A DNA stretch of 64,000 bases from Auanema rhodensis (taxonomy: Eukaryota; Animalia; Nematoda), in assembly GCA_964057225.1 (NCBI GenBank), contig OZ059896.1, positions 310,001 to 374,000 on the forward strand, given 5' to 3'. This document shows, in pieces, positions 13,001-28,375 of the stretch (position 1 is its first letter; every line of letters starts with the position of its first letter). The notes beneath the pieces were generated by a model. The model had not been told where the DNA came from, ran no database searches, and was given only the letters and a program-made list of their open reading frames with translations. A program made the position numbers and the translations under genes.

Positions 13001-16000
13001 CGTGTACATTTAATTAGCATGAATTAAAGTTCACGTAAATTTCAAAGTCATGGTTACCATGCACCAATATCAATAAAAATTTGTTTTTAGACTAATATGG
13101 ACATGGGGAATCTAATTTTGAAAACCGCATCTCTTTATCTTTCACGTGAAGCGAGTTACATACCAAGTGCACATCACGTGTACATTTAATTAGCATAAAT
13201 TAAAGTTCACGTAAATTTCAAAGTCATGGTTACCATGAACCAATATCAATAAAAATTTGTTTTTAGACTAATATGGACATGGGGAATCTAATTTTGAAAA
13301 CCGCATCTCTTTATCTTTCACGTGAAGCGAGTTACATACCAAGTGCACATCACGTGTACATTTAATTAGCATAAATTAAAGTTCACGTAAATTTCAAAGT
13401 CATGGTTACCATGAACCAATATCAATAAAAATTTGTTTTTAGACTAATATGGACATGGGGAATCTAATTTTGAAAACCGCATCTCTTTATCTTTCACGTG
13501 AAGCGAGTTACATACCAAGTGCACATCACGTGTACATTTAATTAGCATAAATTAAAGTTCACGTAAATTTCAAAGTCATGGTTACCTTGAACCAATATCA
13601 ATAAAAATTTGTTTTTAGACTAATATGGACATGGGGAATCTAATTTTGAAAACCGCATCTCTTTATCTTTCACGTGAAGCGAGTTACATACCAAGTGCAC
13701 ATCACGTGTACATTTAATTAGCATAAATTAAAGTTCACGTAAATTTCAAAGTCATGGTTACCATGAACCAATATCAATAAAAATTTGTTTTTAGACTAAT
13801 ATGGACATGGGGAATCTAATTTTGAAAACCGCATCTCTTTATCTTTCACGTGAAGCGAGTTACATACCAAGTGCACATCACGTGTACATTTAATTAGCAT
13901 AAATTAAAGTTCACGTAAATTTCAAAGTCATGGTTACCATGAGGCAATATCAATAAAAATTCGTTTTTAGACTAATATGGACATGGGGAATCTAATTTTG
14001 AAAACCGCATCTCTTTATCTTTCACGTGAAGCGAGTTACATACCAAGTGCACATCATGTGTACATTTAATTAGCATAAATTAAAGTTCACGTAAATTTCA
14101 AAGTCATGGTTACCATGAAGCAATATCAATAAAAATTTGTTTTTAGACTAATATGGACATGGGGAATCTAATTTTGAAAACCGCATCTCTTTATCTTTCA
14201 CGTGAAGCGAGTTACATACCAAGTGCACATCACGTGTACATTTAATTAGCATAAATTAAAGTTCACGTAAATTTCAAAGTCATGGTTACCATGAACCAAT
14301 ATCAATAAAAATTTGTTTTTAGACTAATATGGACATGGGGAATCTAATTTTGAAAACCGCATCTCTTTATCTTTCACGTGAAGCGAGTTACATACCAAGT
14401 GCACATCACGTGTACATTTAATTAGCATAAATTAAAGTTCACGTAAATTTCAAAGTCATGGTTACCATGAAGCAATATCAATAAAAATTTGTTTTTAGAC
14501 TAATATGGACATGGGGAATCTAATTTTGAAAACCGCATCTCTTTATCTTTCACGTGAAGCGAGTTACATACCAAGTGCACATCACGTGTACATTTAATTA
14601 GCATAAATTAAAGTTCACGTAAATTTCAAAGTCATGGTTACCATGAACCAATATCAATAAAAATTTGTTTTTAGACTAATATGGACATGGGGAATCTAAT
14701 TTTGAAAACCGCATCTCTTTATCTTTCACGTGAAGCGAGTTACATACCAAGTGCACATCACGTGTACATTTAATTAGCATAAACTAAAGTTCACGTAAAT
14801 TTCAAAGTCATGGTTACCATGAAGCAATATCAATAAAAATTTGTTTTTAGACTAATATGGACATGGGGAATCTAATTTTGAAAACCGCATCTCTTTATCT
14901 TTCACGTGAAGCGAGTTACATACCAAGTGCACATCACGTGTACATTTAATTAGCATGAATTAAAGTTCACGTAAATTTCAAAGTCATGGTTACCATGCAC
15001 CAATATCAATAAAAATTTGTTTTTAGACTAATATGGACATGGGGAATCTAATTTTGAAAACCGCATCTCTTTATCTTTCACGTGAAGCGAGTTACATACC
15101 AAGTGCACATCACGTGTACATTTAATTAGCATAAATTAAAGTTCACGTAAATTTCAAAGTCATGGTTACCATGCACCAATATCAATAAAAATTTGTTTTT
15201 AGACTAATATGGACATGGGGAATCTAATTTTGAAAACCGCATCTCTTTATCTTTCACGTGAAGCGAGTTTCATACCAAGTGCACATCACGTGTACATTTA
15301 ATTAGCATAAATTAAAGTTCACGTAAATTTCAAAGTCATGGTTACCATGAACCAATATCAATAAAAATTTGTTTTTAGACTAATATGGACATGGGGAATC
15401 TAATTTTGAAAACCGCATCTCTTTATCTTTCACGTGAAGCGAGTTACATACCAAGTGCACATCACGTGTACATTTAATTAGCATAAATTAAAGTTCACGT
15501 AAATTTCAAAGTCATGGTTACCATGCACCAATATCAATAAAAATTTGTATTTAGACTAATATGGACATGGGGAATCTAATTTTGAAAACCGCATCTCTTT
15601 ATCTTTCACGTGAAGCGAGTTACATACCAAGTGCACATCACGTGTACATTTAATTAGCATAAATTAAAGTTCACGTAAATTTCAAAGTCATGGTTACCAT
15701 GCACCAATATCAATAAAAATTTGTTTTTAGACTAATATGGACATGGGGAATCTAATTTTGAAAACCGCATCTCTTTATCTTTCACGTGAAGCGAGTTACA
15801 TACCAAGTGCACATCACGTGTACATTTAATTAGCATAAATTAAAGTTCACGTAAATTTCAAAGTCATGGTTACCATGCACCAATATCAATAAAAATTTGT
15901 TTTTAGACTAATATGGACATGGGGAATCTAATTTTGAAAACCGCATCTCTTTATCTTTCACGTGAAGCGAGTTACATACCAAGTGCACATCACGTGTACA

Positions 16001-19000
16001 TTTAATTAGCATAAATTAAAGTTCACGTAAATTTCAAAGTCATGGTTACCATGAACCAATATCAATAAAAATTTGTTTTTAGACTAATATGGACATGGGG
16101 AATCTAATTTTGAAAACCGCATCTCTTTATCTTTCACGTGAAGCGAGTTACATACCAAGTGCACATCACGTGTACATTTAATTAGCATAAATTAAAGTTC
16201 ACGTAAATTTCAAAGTCATGGTTACCATGAACCAATATCAATAAAAATTTGTTTTTAGACTAATATGGACATGGGGAATCTAATTTTGAAAACCGCATCT
16301 CTTTATCTTTCACGTGAAGCGAGTTACATACCAAGTGCACATCACGTGTACATTTAATTAGCATAAATTAAAGTTCACGTAAATTTCAAAGTCATGGTTA
16401 CCATGCACCAATATCAATAAAAATTTGTTTTTAGACTAATATGGACATGGGGAATCTAATTTTGAAAACCGCATCTTTTTATCTTTCACGTGAAGCGAGT
16501 TACATACCAAGTGCACATCACGTGTACATTTAATTAGCATAAATTAAAGTTCACGTAAATTTCAAAGTCATGGTTACCATGAACCAATATCAATAAAAAT
16601 TTGTTTTTAGACTAATATGGACATGGGGAATCTAATTTTGAAAACCGCATCTCTTTATCTTTCACGTGAAGCGAGTTACATACCAAGTGCACATCACGTG
16701 TACATTTAATTAGCATAAATTAAAGTTCACGTAAATTTCAAAGTCATGGTTACCATGCACCAATATCAATAAAAATTTGTTTTTAGACTAATATGGACAT
16801 GGGGAATCTAATTTTGAAAACCGCATCTTTTTATCTTTCACGTGAAGCGAGTTACATACCAAGTGCACATCACGTGTACATTTAATTAGCATAAATTAAA
16901 GTTCACGTAAATTTCAAAGTCATGGTTACCATGAACCAATATCAATAAAAATTTGTTTTTAGACTAATATGGACATGGGGAATCTAATTTTGAAAACCGC
17001 ATCTCTTTATCTTTCACGTGAAGCGAGTTACATACCAAGTGCACATCACGTGTACATTTAATTAGCATAAATTAAAGTTCACGTAAATTTCAAAGTCATG
17101 GTTACCATGCACCAATATCAATAAAAATTTGTATTTAGACTAATATGGACATGGGGAATCTAATTTTGAAAACCGCATCTCTTTATCTTTCACGTGAAGC
17201 GAGTTACATACCAAGTGCACATCACGTGTACATTTAATTAGCATAAATTAAAGTTCACGTAAATTTCAAAGTCATGGTTACCATGCACCAATATCAATAA
17301 AAATTTGTTTTTAGACTAATATGGACATGGGGAATCTAATTTTGAAAACCGCATCTTTTTATCTTTCACGTGAAGCGAGTTACATACCAAGTGCACATCA
17401 CGTGTACATTTAATTAGCATAAATTAAAGTTCACGTAAATTTCAAAGTCATGGTTACCATGCACCAATATCAATAAAAATTTGTTTTTAGACTAATATGG
17501 ACATGGGGAATCTAATTTTGAAAACCGCATCTCTTTATCTTTCACGTGAAGCGAGTTACATACCAAGTGCACATCACGTGTACATTTAATTAGCATAAAT
17601 TAAAGTTCACGTAAATTTCAAAGTCATGGTTACCATGAACCAATATCAATAAAAATTTGTTTTTAGACTAATATGGACATGGGGAATCTAATTTTGAAAA
17701 CCGCATCTCTTTATCTTTCACGTGAAGCGAGTTACATACCAAGTGCACATCACGTGTACATTTAATTAGCATAAATTAAAGTTCACGTAAATTTCAAAGT
17801 CATGGTTACCATGCACCAATATCAATAAAAATTTGTTTTTAGACTAATATGGACATGGGGAATCTAATTTTGAAAACCGCATCTCTTTATCTTTCACGTG
17901 AAGCGAGTTACATACCAAGTGCACATCACGTGTACATTTAATTAGCATAAATTAAAGTTCACGTAAAATTCAAAGTCATGGTTACCATGCACCAATATCA
18001 ATAAAAATTTGTTTTTAGACTAATATGGACATGGGGAATCTAATTTTGAAAACCGCATCTCTTTATCTTTCACGTGAAGCGAGTTACATACCAAGTGCAC
18101 ATCACGTGTACATTTAATTAGCATAAATTAAAGTTCACGTAAATTTCAAAGTCATGGTTACCATGCACCAATATCAATAAAAATTTGTTTTTAGACTAAT
18201 ATGGACATGGGGAATCTAATTTTGAAAACCGCATCTTTTTATCTTTCACGTGAAGCGAGTTACATACCAAGTGCACATCACGTGTACATTTAATTAGCAT
18301 AAATTAAAGTTCACGTAAATTTCAAAGTCATGGTTACCATGCACCAATATCAATAAAAATTTGTTTTTAGACTAATATGGACATGGGGAATCTAATTTTG
18401 AAAACCGCATCTCTTTATCTTTCACGTGAAGCGAGTTACATACCAAGTGCACATCACGTGTACATTTAATTAGCATAAATTAAAGTTCACGTAAATTTCA
18501 AAGTCATGGTTACCATGAACCAATATCAATAAAAATTTGTTTTTAGACTAATATGGACATGGGGAATCTAATTTTGAAAACCGCATCTCTTTATCTTTCA
18601 CGTGAAGCGAGTTACATACCAAGTGCACATCACGTGTACATTTAATTAGCATAAATTAAAGTTCACGTAAATTTCAAAGTCATGGTTACCATGCACCAAT
18701 ATCAATAAAAATTTGTTTTTAGACTAATATGGACATGGGGAATCTAATTTTGAAAACCGCATCTCTTTATCTTTCACGTGAAGCGAGTTACATACCCAGT
18801 GCACATCACGTGTACATTTAATTAGCATAAATTAAAGTTCACGTAAATTTCAAAGTCATGGTTACCATGAACCAATATCAATAAAAATTTGTTTTTAGAC
18901 TAATATGGACATGGGGAATCTAATTTTGAAAACCGCATCTCTTTATCTTTCACGTGAAGCGAGTTACATACCAAGTGCACATCACGTGTACATTTAATTA

Positions 19001-22000
19001 GCATAAATTAAAGTTCACGTAAATTTCAAAGTCATGGTTACCATGAACCAATATCAAAAAAAATTTGTTTTTAGACTAATATGGACATGGGGAATCTAAT
19101 TTTGAAAACCGCATCTCTTTATCTTTCACGTGAAGCGAGTTACATACCAAGTGCACATCACGTGTACATTTAATTAGCATAAATTAAAGTTCACGTAAAA
19201 TTCAAAGTCATGGTTACCATGCACCAATATCAATAAAAATTTGTTTTTAGACTAATATGGACATGGGGAATCTAATTTTGAAAACCGCATCTCTTTATCT
19301 TTCACGTGAAGCGAGTTACATACCAAGTGCACATCACGTGTACATTTAATTAGCATAAATTAAAGTTCACGTAAATTTCAAAGTCATGGTTACCATGCAC
19401 CAATATCAATAAAAATTTGTTTTTAGACTAATATGGACATGGGGAATCTAATTTTGAAAACCGCATCTCTTTATCTTTCACGTGAAGCGAGTTACATACC
19501 AAGTGCACATCACGTGTACATTTAATTAGCATAAATTAAAGTTCACGTAAATTTCAAAGTCATGGTTACCATGCACCAATATCAATAAAAATTTGTTTTT
19601 AGACTAATATGGACATGGGGAATCTAATTTTGAAAACCGCATCTCTTTATCTTTCACGTGAAGCGAGTTACATACCAAGTGCACATCACGTGTACATTTA
19701 ATTAGCATAAATTAAAGTTCACGTAAATTTCAAAGTCATGGTTACCATGAAGCAATATCAATAAAAATTTGTTTTTAGACTAATATGGACATGGGGAATC
19801 TAATTTTGAAAACCGCATCTCTTTATCTTTCACGTGAAGCGAGTTACATACCAAGTGCACATCACGTGTACATTTAATTAGCATAAATTAAAGTTCACGT
19901 AAATTTCAAAGTCATGGTTACCATGAAGCAATATCAATAAAAATTTGTTTTTAGACTAATATGGACATGGGGAATCTAATTTTGAAAACCGCATCTCTTT
20001 ATCTTTCACGTGAAGCGAGTTACATACCAAGTGCACATCACGTGTACATTTAATTAGCATAAATTAAAGTTCACGTAAATTTCAAAGTCATGGTTACCAT
20101 GAAGCAATATCAATAAAAATTTGTTTTTAGACTAATATGGACATGGGGAATCTAATTTTGAAAACCGCATCTCTTTATCTTTCACGTGAAGCGAGTTACA
20201 TACCAAGTGCACATCACGTGTACATTTAATTAGCATAAATTAAAGTTCACGTAAATTTCAAAGTCATGGTTACCATGCACCAATATCAATAAAAATTTGT
20301 TTTTAGACTAATATGGACATGGGGAATCTAATTTTGAAAACCGCATCTCTTTATCTTTCACGTGAAGCGAGTTACATACCAAGTGCACATCACGTGTACA
20401 TTTAATTAGCATAAATTAAAGTTCACGTAAATTTCAAAGTGATGGTTACCATGCACCAATATCAATAAAAATTTGTTTTTAGACTAATATGGACATGGGG
20501 AATCTAATTTTGAAAACCGCATCTCTTTATCTTTCACGTGAAGCGAGTTACATACCAAGTGCACATCACGTGTACATTTAATTAGCATAAATTAAAGTTC
20601 ACGTAAATTTCAAAGTCATGGTTACCATGAACCAATATCAATAAAAATTTGTTTTCAGACTAATATGGACATGGGGAATCTAATTTTGAAAACCGCATCT
20701 CTTTATCTTTCACGTGAAGCGAGTTACATACCAAGTGCACATCACGTGTACATTTAATTAGCATAAATTAAAGTTCACGTAAATTTCAAAGTCATGGTTA
20801 CCATGCACCAATATCAATAAAAATTTGTTTTTAGACTAATATGGACATGGGGAATCTAATTTTGAAAACCGCATCTCTTTATCTTTCACGTGAAGCGAGT
20901 TACATACCAAGTGCACATCACGTGTACATTTAATTAGCATAAACTAAAGTTCACGTAAATTTCAAAGTCATGGTTACCATGAACCAATATCAATAAAAAT
21001 TTGTTTTTAGACTAATATGGACATGGGGAATCTAATTTTGAAAACCGCATCTCTTTATCTTTCACGTGAAGCGAGTTACATACCAAGTGCACATCACGTG
21101 TACATTTAATTAGCATAAATTAAAGTTCACGTAAATTTCAAAGTCATGGTTACCATGCACCAATATCAATAAAAATTTGTTTTTAGACTAATATGGACAT
21201 GGGGAATCTAATTTTGAAAACCGCATCTCTTTATCTTTCACGTGAAGCGAGTTACATACCAAGTGCACATCACGTGTACATTTAATTAGCATAAACTAAA
21301 GTTCACGTAAATTTCAAAGTCATGGTTACCATGAAGCAATATCAATAAAAATTTGTTTTTAGACTAATATGGACATGGGGAATCTAATTTTGAAAACCGC
21401 ATCTCTTTATCTTTCACGTGAAGCGAGTTACATACCAAGTGCACATCACGTGTACATTTAATTAGCATAAATTAAAGTTCACGTAAAATTCAAAGTCATG
21501 GTTACCATGCACCAATATCAATAAAAATTTGTTTTTAGACTAATATGGACATGGGGAATCTAATTTTGAAAACCGCATCTCTTTATCTTTCACGTGAAGC
21601 GAGTTACATACCCAGTGCACATCACGTGTACATTTAATTAGCATAAATTAAAGTTCACGTAAATTTCAAAGTCATGGTTACCATGAACCAATATCAATAA
21701 AAATTTGTTTTTAGACTAATATGGACATGGGGAATCTAATTTTGAAAACCGCATCTCTTTATCTTTCACGTGAAGCGAGTTACATACCAAGTGCACATCA
21801 CGTGTACATTTAATTAGCATAAATTAAAGTTCACGTAAATTTCAAAGTCATGGTTACCATGAACCAATATCAAAAAAAATTTGTTTTTAGACTAATATGG
21901 ACATGGGGAATCTAATTTTGAAAACCGCATCTCTTTATCTTTCACGTGAAGCGAGTTACATACCAAGTGCACATCACGTGTACATTTAATTAGCATAAAT

Positions 22001-25000
22001 TAAAGTTCACGTAAAATTCAAAGTCATGGTTACCATGCACCAATATCAATAAAAATTTGTTTTTAGACTAATATGGACATGGGGAATCTAATTTTGAAAA
22101 CCGCATCTCTTTATCTTTCACGTGAAGCGAGTTACATACCAAGTGCACATCACGTGTACATTTAATTAGCATAAATTAAAGTTCACGTAAATTTCAAAGT
22201 CATGGTTACCATGCACCAATATCAATAAAAATTTGTTTTTAGACTAATATGGACATGGGGAATCTAATTTTGAAAACCGCATCTCTTTATCTTTCACGTG
22301 AAGCGAGTTACATACCAAGTGCACATCACGTGTACATTTAATTAGCATAAATTAAAGTTCACGTAAATTTCAAAGTCATGGTTACCATGCACCAATATCA
22401 ATAAAAATTTGTTTTTAGACTAATATGGACATGGGGAATCTAATTTTGAAAACCGCATCTCTTTATCTTTCACGTGAAGCGAGTTACATACCAAGTGCAC
22501 ATCACGTGTACATTTAATTAGCATAAATTAAAGTTCACGTAAATTTCAAAGTCATGGTTACCATGAAGCAATATCAATAAAAATTTGTTTTTAGACTAAT
22601 ATGGACATGGGGAATCTAATTTTGAAAACCGCATCTCTTTATCTTTCACGTGAAGCGAGTTACATACCAAGTGCACATCACGTGTACATTTAATTAGCAT
22701 AAATTAAAGTTCACGTAAATTTCAAAGTCATGGTTACCATGCACCAATATCAATAAAAATTTGTTTTTAGACTAATATGGACATGGGGAATCTAATTTTG
22801 AAAACCGCATCTCTTTATCTTTCACGTGAAGCGAGTTACATACCAAGTGCACATCACGTGTACATTTAATTAGCATAAATTAAAGTTCACGTAAATTTCA
22901 AAGTGATGGTTACCATGCACCAATATCAATAAAAATTTGTTTTTAGACTAATATGGACATGGGGAATCTAATTTTGAAAACCGCATCTCTTTATCTTTCA
23001 CGTGAAGCGAGTTACATACCAAGTGCACATCACGTGTACATTTAATTAGCATAAATTAAAGTTCACGTAAATTTCAAAGTCATGGTTACCATGAACCAAT
23101 ATCAATAAAAATTTGTTTTTAGACTAATATGGACATGGGAAATCTAATTTTGAAAACCGCATCTCTTTATCTTTCACGTGAAGCGAGTTACATACCAAGT
23201 GCACATCACGTGTACATTCAATTAGCATAAATTAAAGTTCACGTAAAATTCAAAGTCATGGTTACCATGCACCAATATCAATAAAAATTTGTTTTTAGAC
23301 TAATATGGACAAGGGGAATCTAATTTTGAAAACCGCATCTCTTTATCTTTCATGTGAAGCGAGTTACATACCAAGTGCACATCACGTGTACATTTAATTA
23401 GCATAAATTAAAGTTCACGTAAATTTCAAAGTCATGGTTACCATGCACCAATATCAATGAAAATTTGTTTTCAGACTAATATGGACATGGGGAATCTAAT
23501 TTTGAAAACCGCATCTCTTTATCTTTCACGTGAAGCGAGTTACATACCAAGTGCACATCACGTGTACATTTAATTAGCATAAATTAAAGTTCACGTAAAT
23601 TTCAAAGTCATGGTTACCATGCACCAATATCAATAAAAATTTGTTTTTAGACTAATATGGACATGGGGAATCTAATTTTGAAAACCGCATCTCTTTATCT
23701 TTCACGTGAAGCGAGTTACATACCAAGTGCACATCACGTGTACATTTAATTAGCATAAACTAAAGTTCACGTAAATTTCAAAGTCATGGTTACCATGAAC
23801 CAATATCAATAAAAATTTGTTTTTAGACTAATATGGACATGGGGAATCTAATTTTGAAAAGCGCATCTCTTTATCTTTCACGTGAAGCGAGTTACATACC
23901 AAGTGCACATCACGTGTACATTTAATTAGCATAAATTAAAGTTCACGTAAATTTCAAAGTCATGGTTACCATGCACCAATATCAATAAAAATTTGTTTTT
24001 AGACTAATATGGACATGGGGAATCTAATTTTGAAAACCGCATCTCTTTATCTTTCACGTGAAGCGAGTTACATACCAAGTGCACATCACGTGTACATTTA
24101 ATTAGCATAAACTAAAGTTCACGTAAATTTCAAAGTCATGGTTACCATGAAGCAATATCAATAAAAATTTGTTTTTAGACTAATATGGACATGGGGAATC
24201 TAATTTTGAAAACCGCATCTCTTTATCTTTCACGTGAAGCGAGTTACATACCAAGTGCACATCACGTGTACATTTAATTAGCATAAATTAAAGTTCACGT
24301 AAAATTCAAAGTCATGGTTACCATGCACCAATATCAATAAAAATTTGTTTTTAGACTAATATGGACATGGGGAATCTAATTTTGAAAACCGCATCTCTTT
24401 ATCTTTTACGTGAAGCGAGTTACATACCAAGTGCACATCACGTGTACATTTAATTAGCATAAATTAAAGTTCACGTAAATTTCAAAGTCATGGTTACCAT
24501 GCACCAATATCAATAAAAATTTGTTTTTAGACTAATATGGACATGGGGAATCTAATTTTGAAAACCGCATCTCTTTATCTTTTACGTGAAGCGAGTTACA
24601 TACCAAGTGCACATCACGTGTACATTTAATTAGCATAAATTAAAGTTCACGTAAATTTCAAAGTCATGGTTACCATGAACCAATATCAATAAAAATTTGT
24701 TTTTAGACTAATATGGACATGGGGAATCTGATTTTGAAAACCGCATCTCTTTATCTTTCACGTGAAGCGAGTTACATACCAAGTGCACATCACGTGTACA
24801 TTTAATTAGCATAAATTAAAGTTTACGTAAAATTCAAAGTCATGGTTACCATGCACCAATATCAATAAAAATTTGTTTTTAGACTAATATGGACATGGGG
24901 AATCTAATTTTGAAAACCGCATCTCTTTATCTTTTACGTGAAGCGAGTTACATACCAAGTGCACATCACGTGTACATTTAATTAGCATAAATTAAAGTTC

Positions 25001-28000
25001 ACGTAAATTTCAAAGTCATGGTTACCATGAACCAATATCAATAAAATTTGTTTTTAGACTAATATGGACATGGGGAATCTAATTTTGAAAACCGCATCTC
25101 TTTATCTTTAACGTGAAGCGAGTTACATACCAAGTGCACATCACGTGTACATTTAATTAGCATAAATTAAAGTTCACGTAAATTTCAAAGTCATGGTTAC
25201 CATGAACCAATATCAAAAAAAATTTGTTTTTAGACTAATATGGACATGGGGAATCTAATTTTGAAAACCGCATCTCTTTATCTTTCACGTGAAGCGAGTT
25301 ACATACCAAGTGCACATCACGTGTACATTTAATTAGCATAAATTAAAGTTCACGTAAAATTCAAAGTCATGGTTACCATGCACCAATATCAATAAAAATT
25401 TGTTTTTAGACTAATATGGACATGGGGAATCTAATTTTGAAAACCGCATCTCTTTATCTTTTACGTGAAGCGAGTTACATACCAAGTGCACATCACGTGT
25501 ACATTTAATTAGCATAAATTAAAGTTCACGTAAATTTCAAAGTCATGGTTACCATGAACCAATATCAATAAAATTTGTTTTTAGACTAATATGGACATGG
25601 GGAATCTAATTTTGAAAACCGCATCTCTTTATCTTTAACGTGAAGCGAGTTACATACCAAGTGCACATCACGTGTATATTTAATTAGCATAAATTAAAGT
25701 TCACGTAAAATTCAAAGTCATGGTTACCATGCACCAATATCAATAAAAATTTGTTTTTAGACTAATATGGACATGGGGAATCTAATTCTGAAAACCGCAT
25801 CTCTTTATCTTTTACGTGAAGCGAGTTACATACCAAGTGCACATCACGTGTACATTTAATTAGCATAAATTAAAGTTCACGTAATTTTCAAAGTCATGGT
25901 TACCATGAACCAATATCAATAAAAATTTGTTTTTAGACTAATATGGACATGGGGAATCTAATTTTGAAAACCGCATTTCTTTATCTTTCACGTGAAGCGA
26001 GTTACATACCAAGTGCACATCACGTGTACATTTAATTAGCATAAATTAAAGTTCACGTAAATTTCAAAGTCATGGTTACCATGCACCAATATCACTAAAA
26101 ATTTGTTTTTAGACTAATATGGACATGGGGAATCTAATTTTGAAAACCGCATCTCTTTATCTTTCACGTGAAGCGAGTTACATACCAAGTGCACATCACG
26201 TGTACATTTAATTAGCATAAATTAAAGTTCACGTAAATTTCAAAGTCATGGTTACCATGCACCAATATCAATAAAAATTTGTTTTTAGACTAATATGGAC
26301 ATGGGGAATCTAATTTTGAAAACCGCATCTCTTTATCTTTCACGTGAAGCGAGTTACATACCAAGTGCACATCACGTGTACATTTAATTAGCATAAATTA
26401 AAGTTCACGTAAATTTCAAAGTCATGGTTACCATGCACCAATATCAAGAAAAATTTGTTTTTAGACTAATATGGACATGGGGAATCTAATTTTGAAAACC
26501 GCATCTCTTTATCTTTCACGTGAAGCGAGTTACATACCAAGTGCACATCACGTGTACATTTAATTAGCATAAATTAAAGTTCACGTAAAATTCAAAGTCA
26601 TGGTTACCATGCACCAATATCAATAAAAATTTGTTTTTAGACTAATATGGACATGGGGAATCTAATTTTGAAAACCGCATCTCTTTATCTTTTACGTGAA
26701 GCGAGTTACATACCAAGTGCACATCACGTGTACATTTAATTAGCATAAATTAAAGTTCACGTAAATTTCAAAGTCATGGTTACCATGAACCAATATCAAT
26801 AAAATTTGTTTTTAGACTAATATGGACATGAGGAATCTAATTTTGAAAACCGCATCTCTTTATCTTTAACGTGAAGCGAGTTACATACCAAGTGCACATC
26901 ACGTGTACATTTAATTAGCATAAATTAAAGTTCACGTAAAATTCAAAGTCATGGTTACCATGCACCAATATCAATAAAAATTTGTTTTTAGACTAATATG
27001 GACATGGGGAATCTAATTCTGAAAACCGCATCTCTTTATCTTTTACGTGAAGCGAGTTACATACCAAGTGCACATCACGTGTACATTTAATTAGCATAAA
27101 TTAAAGTTCACGTAATTTTCAAAGTCATGGTTACCATGAACCAATATCAATAAAAATTTGTTTTTAGACTAATATGGACATGGGGAATCTAATTTTGAAA
27201 ACCGCATTTCTTTATCTTTCACGTGAAGCGAGTTACATACCAAGTGCACATCACGTGTACATTTAATTAGCATAAATTAAAGTTCACGTAAATTTCAAAG
27301 TCATGGTTACCATGCACCAATATCACTAAAAATGTGTTTTTAGACTAATATGGACATGGGGAATCTAATTTTGAAAACCGCATCTCTTTATCTTTCACGT
27401 GAAGCGAGTTACATACCAAGTGCACATCACGTGTACATTTAATTAGCATAAATTAAAGTTCACGTAAATTTCAAAGTCATGGTTACCATGCACCAATATC
27501 AATAAAAATTTGTTTTTAGACTAATATGGACATGGGGAATCTAATTTTGAAAACCGCATCTCTTTATCTTTCACGTGAAGCGAGTTACATACCAAGTGCA
27601 CATCACGTGTACATTTAATTAGCATAAATTAAAGTTCACGTAAAATTCAAAGTCATGGTTACCATGCACCAATATCAATAAAAATTTGTTTTTAGACTAA
27701 TATGGACATGGGGAATCTAATTCTGAAAACCGCATCTCTTTATCTTTTACGTGAAGCGAGTTACATACCAAGTGCACATCACGTGTACATTTAATTAGCA
27801 TAAATTAAAGTTCACGTAATTTTCAAAGTCATGGTTACCATGAACCAATATCAATAAAAATTTGTTTTTAGACTAATATGGACATGGGGAATCTAATTTT
27901 GAAAACCGCATTTCTTTATCTTTCACGTGAAGCGAGTTACATACCAAGTGCACATCACGTGTACATTTAATTAGCATAAATTAAAGTTCACGTAAATTTC

Positions 28001-28375
28001 AAAGTCATGGTTACCATGCACCAATATCACTAAAAATGTGTTTTTAGACTAATATGGACATGGGGAATCTAATTTTGAAAACCGCATCTCTTTATCTTTC
28101 ACGTGAAGCGAGTTACATACCAAGTGCACATCACGTGTACATTTAATTAGCATAAATTAAAGTTCACGTAAATTTCAAAGTCATGGTTACCATGCACCAA
28201 TATCAATAAAAATTTGTTTTTAGACTAATATGGACATGGGGAATCTAATTTTGAAAACCGCATCTCTTTATCTTTCACGTGAAGCGAGTTACATACCAAG
28301 TGCACATCACGTGTACATTTAATTAGCATAAATTAAAGTTCACGTAAAATTCAAAGTCATGGTTACCATGCACCA

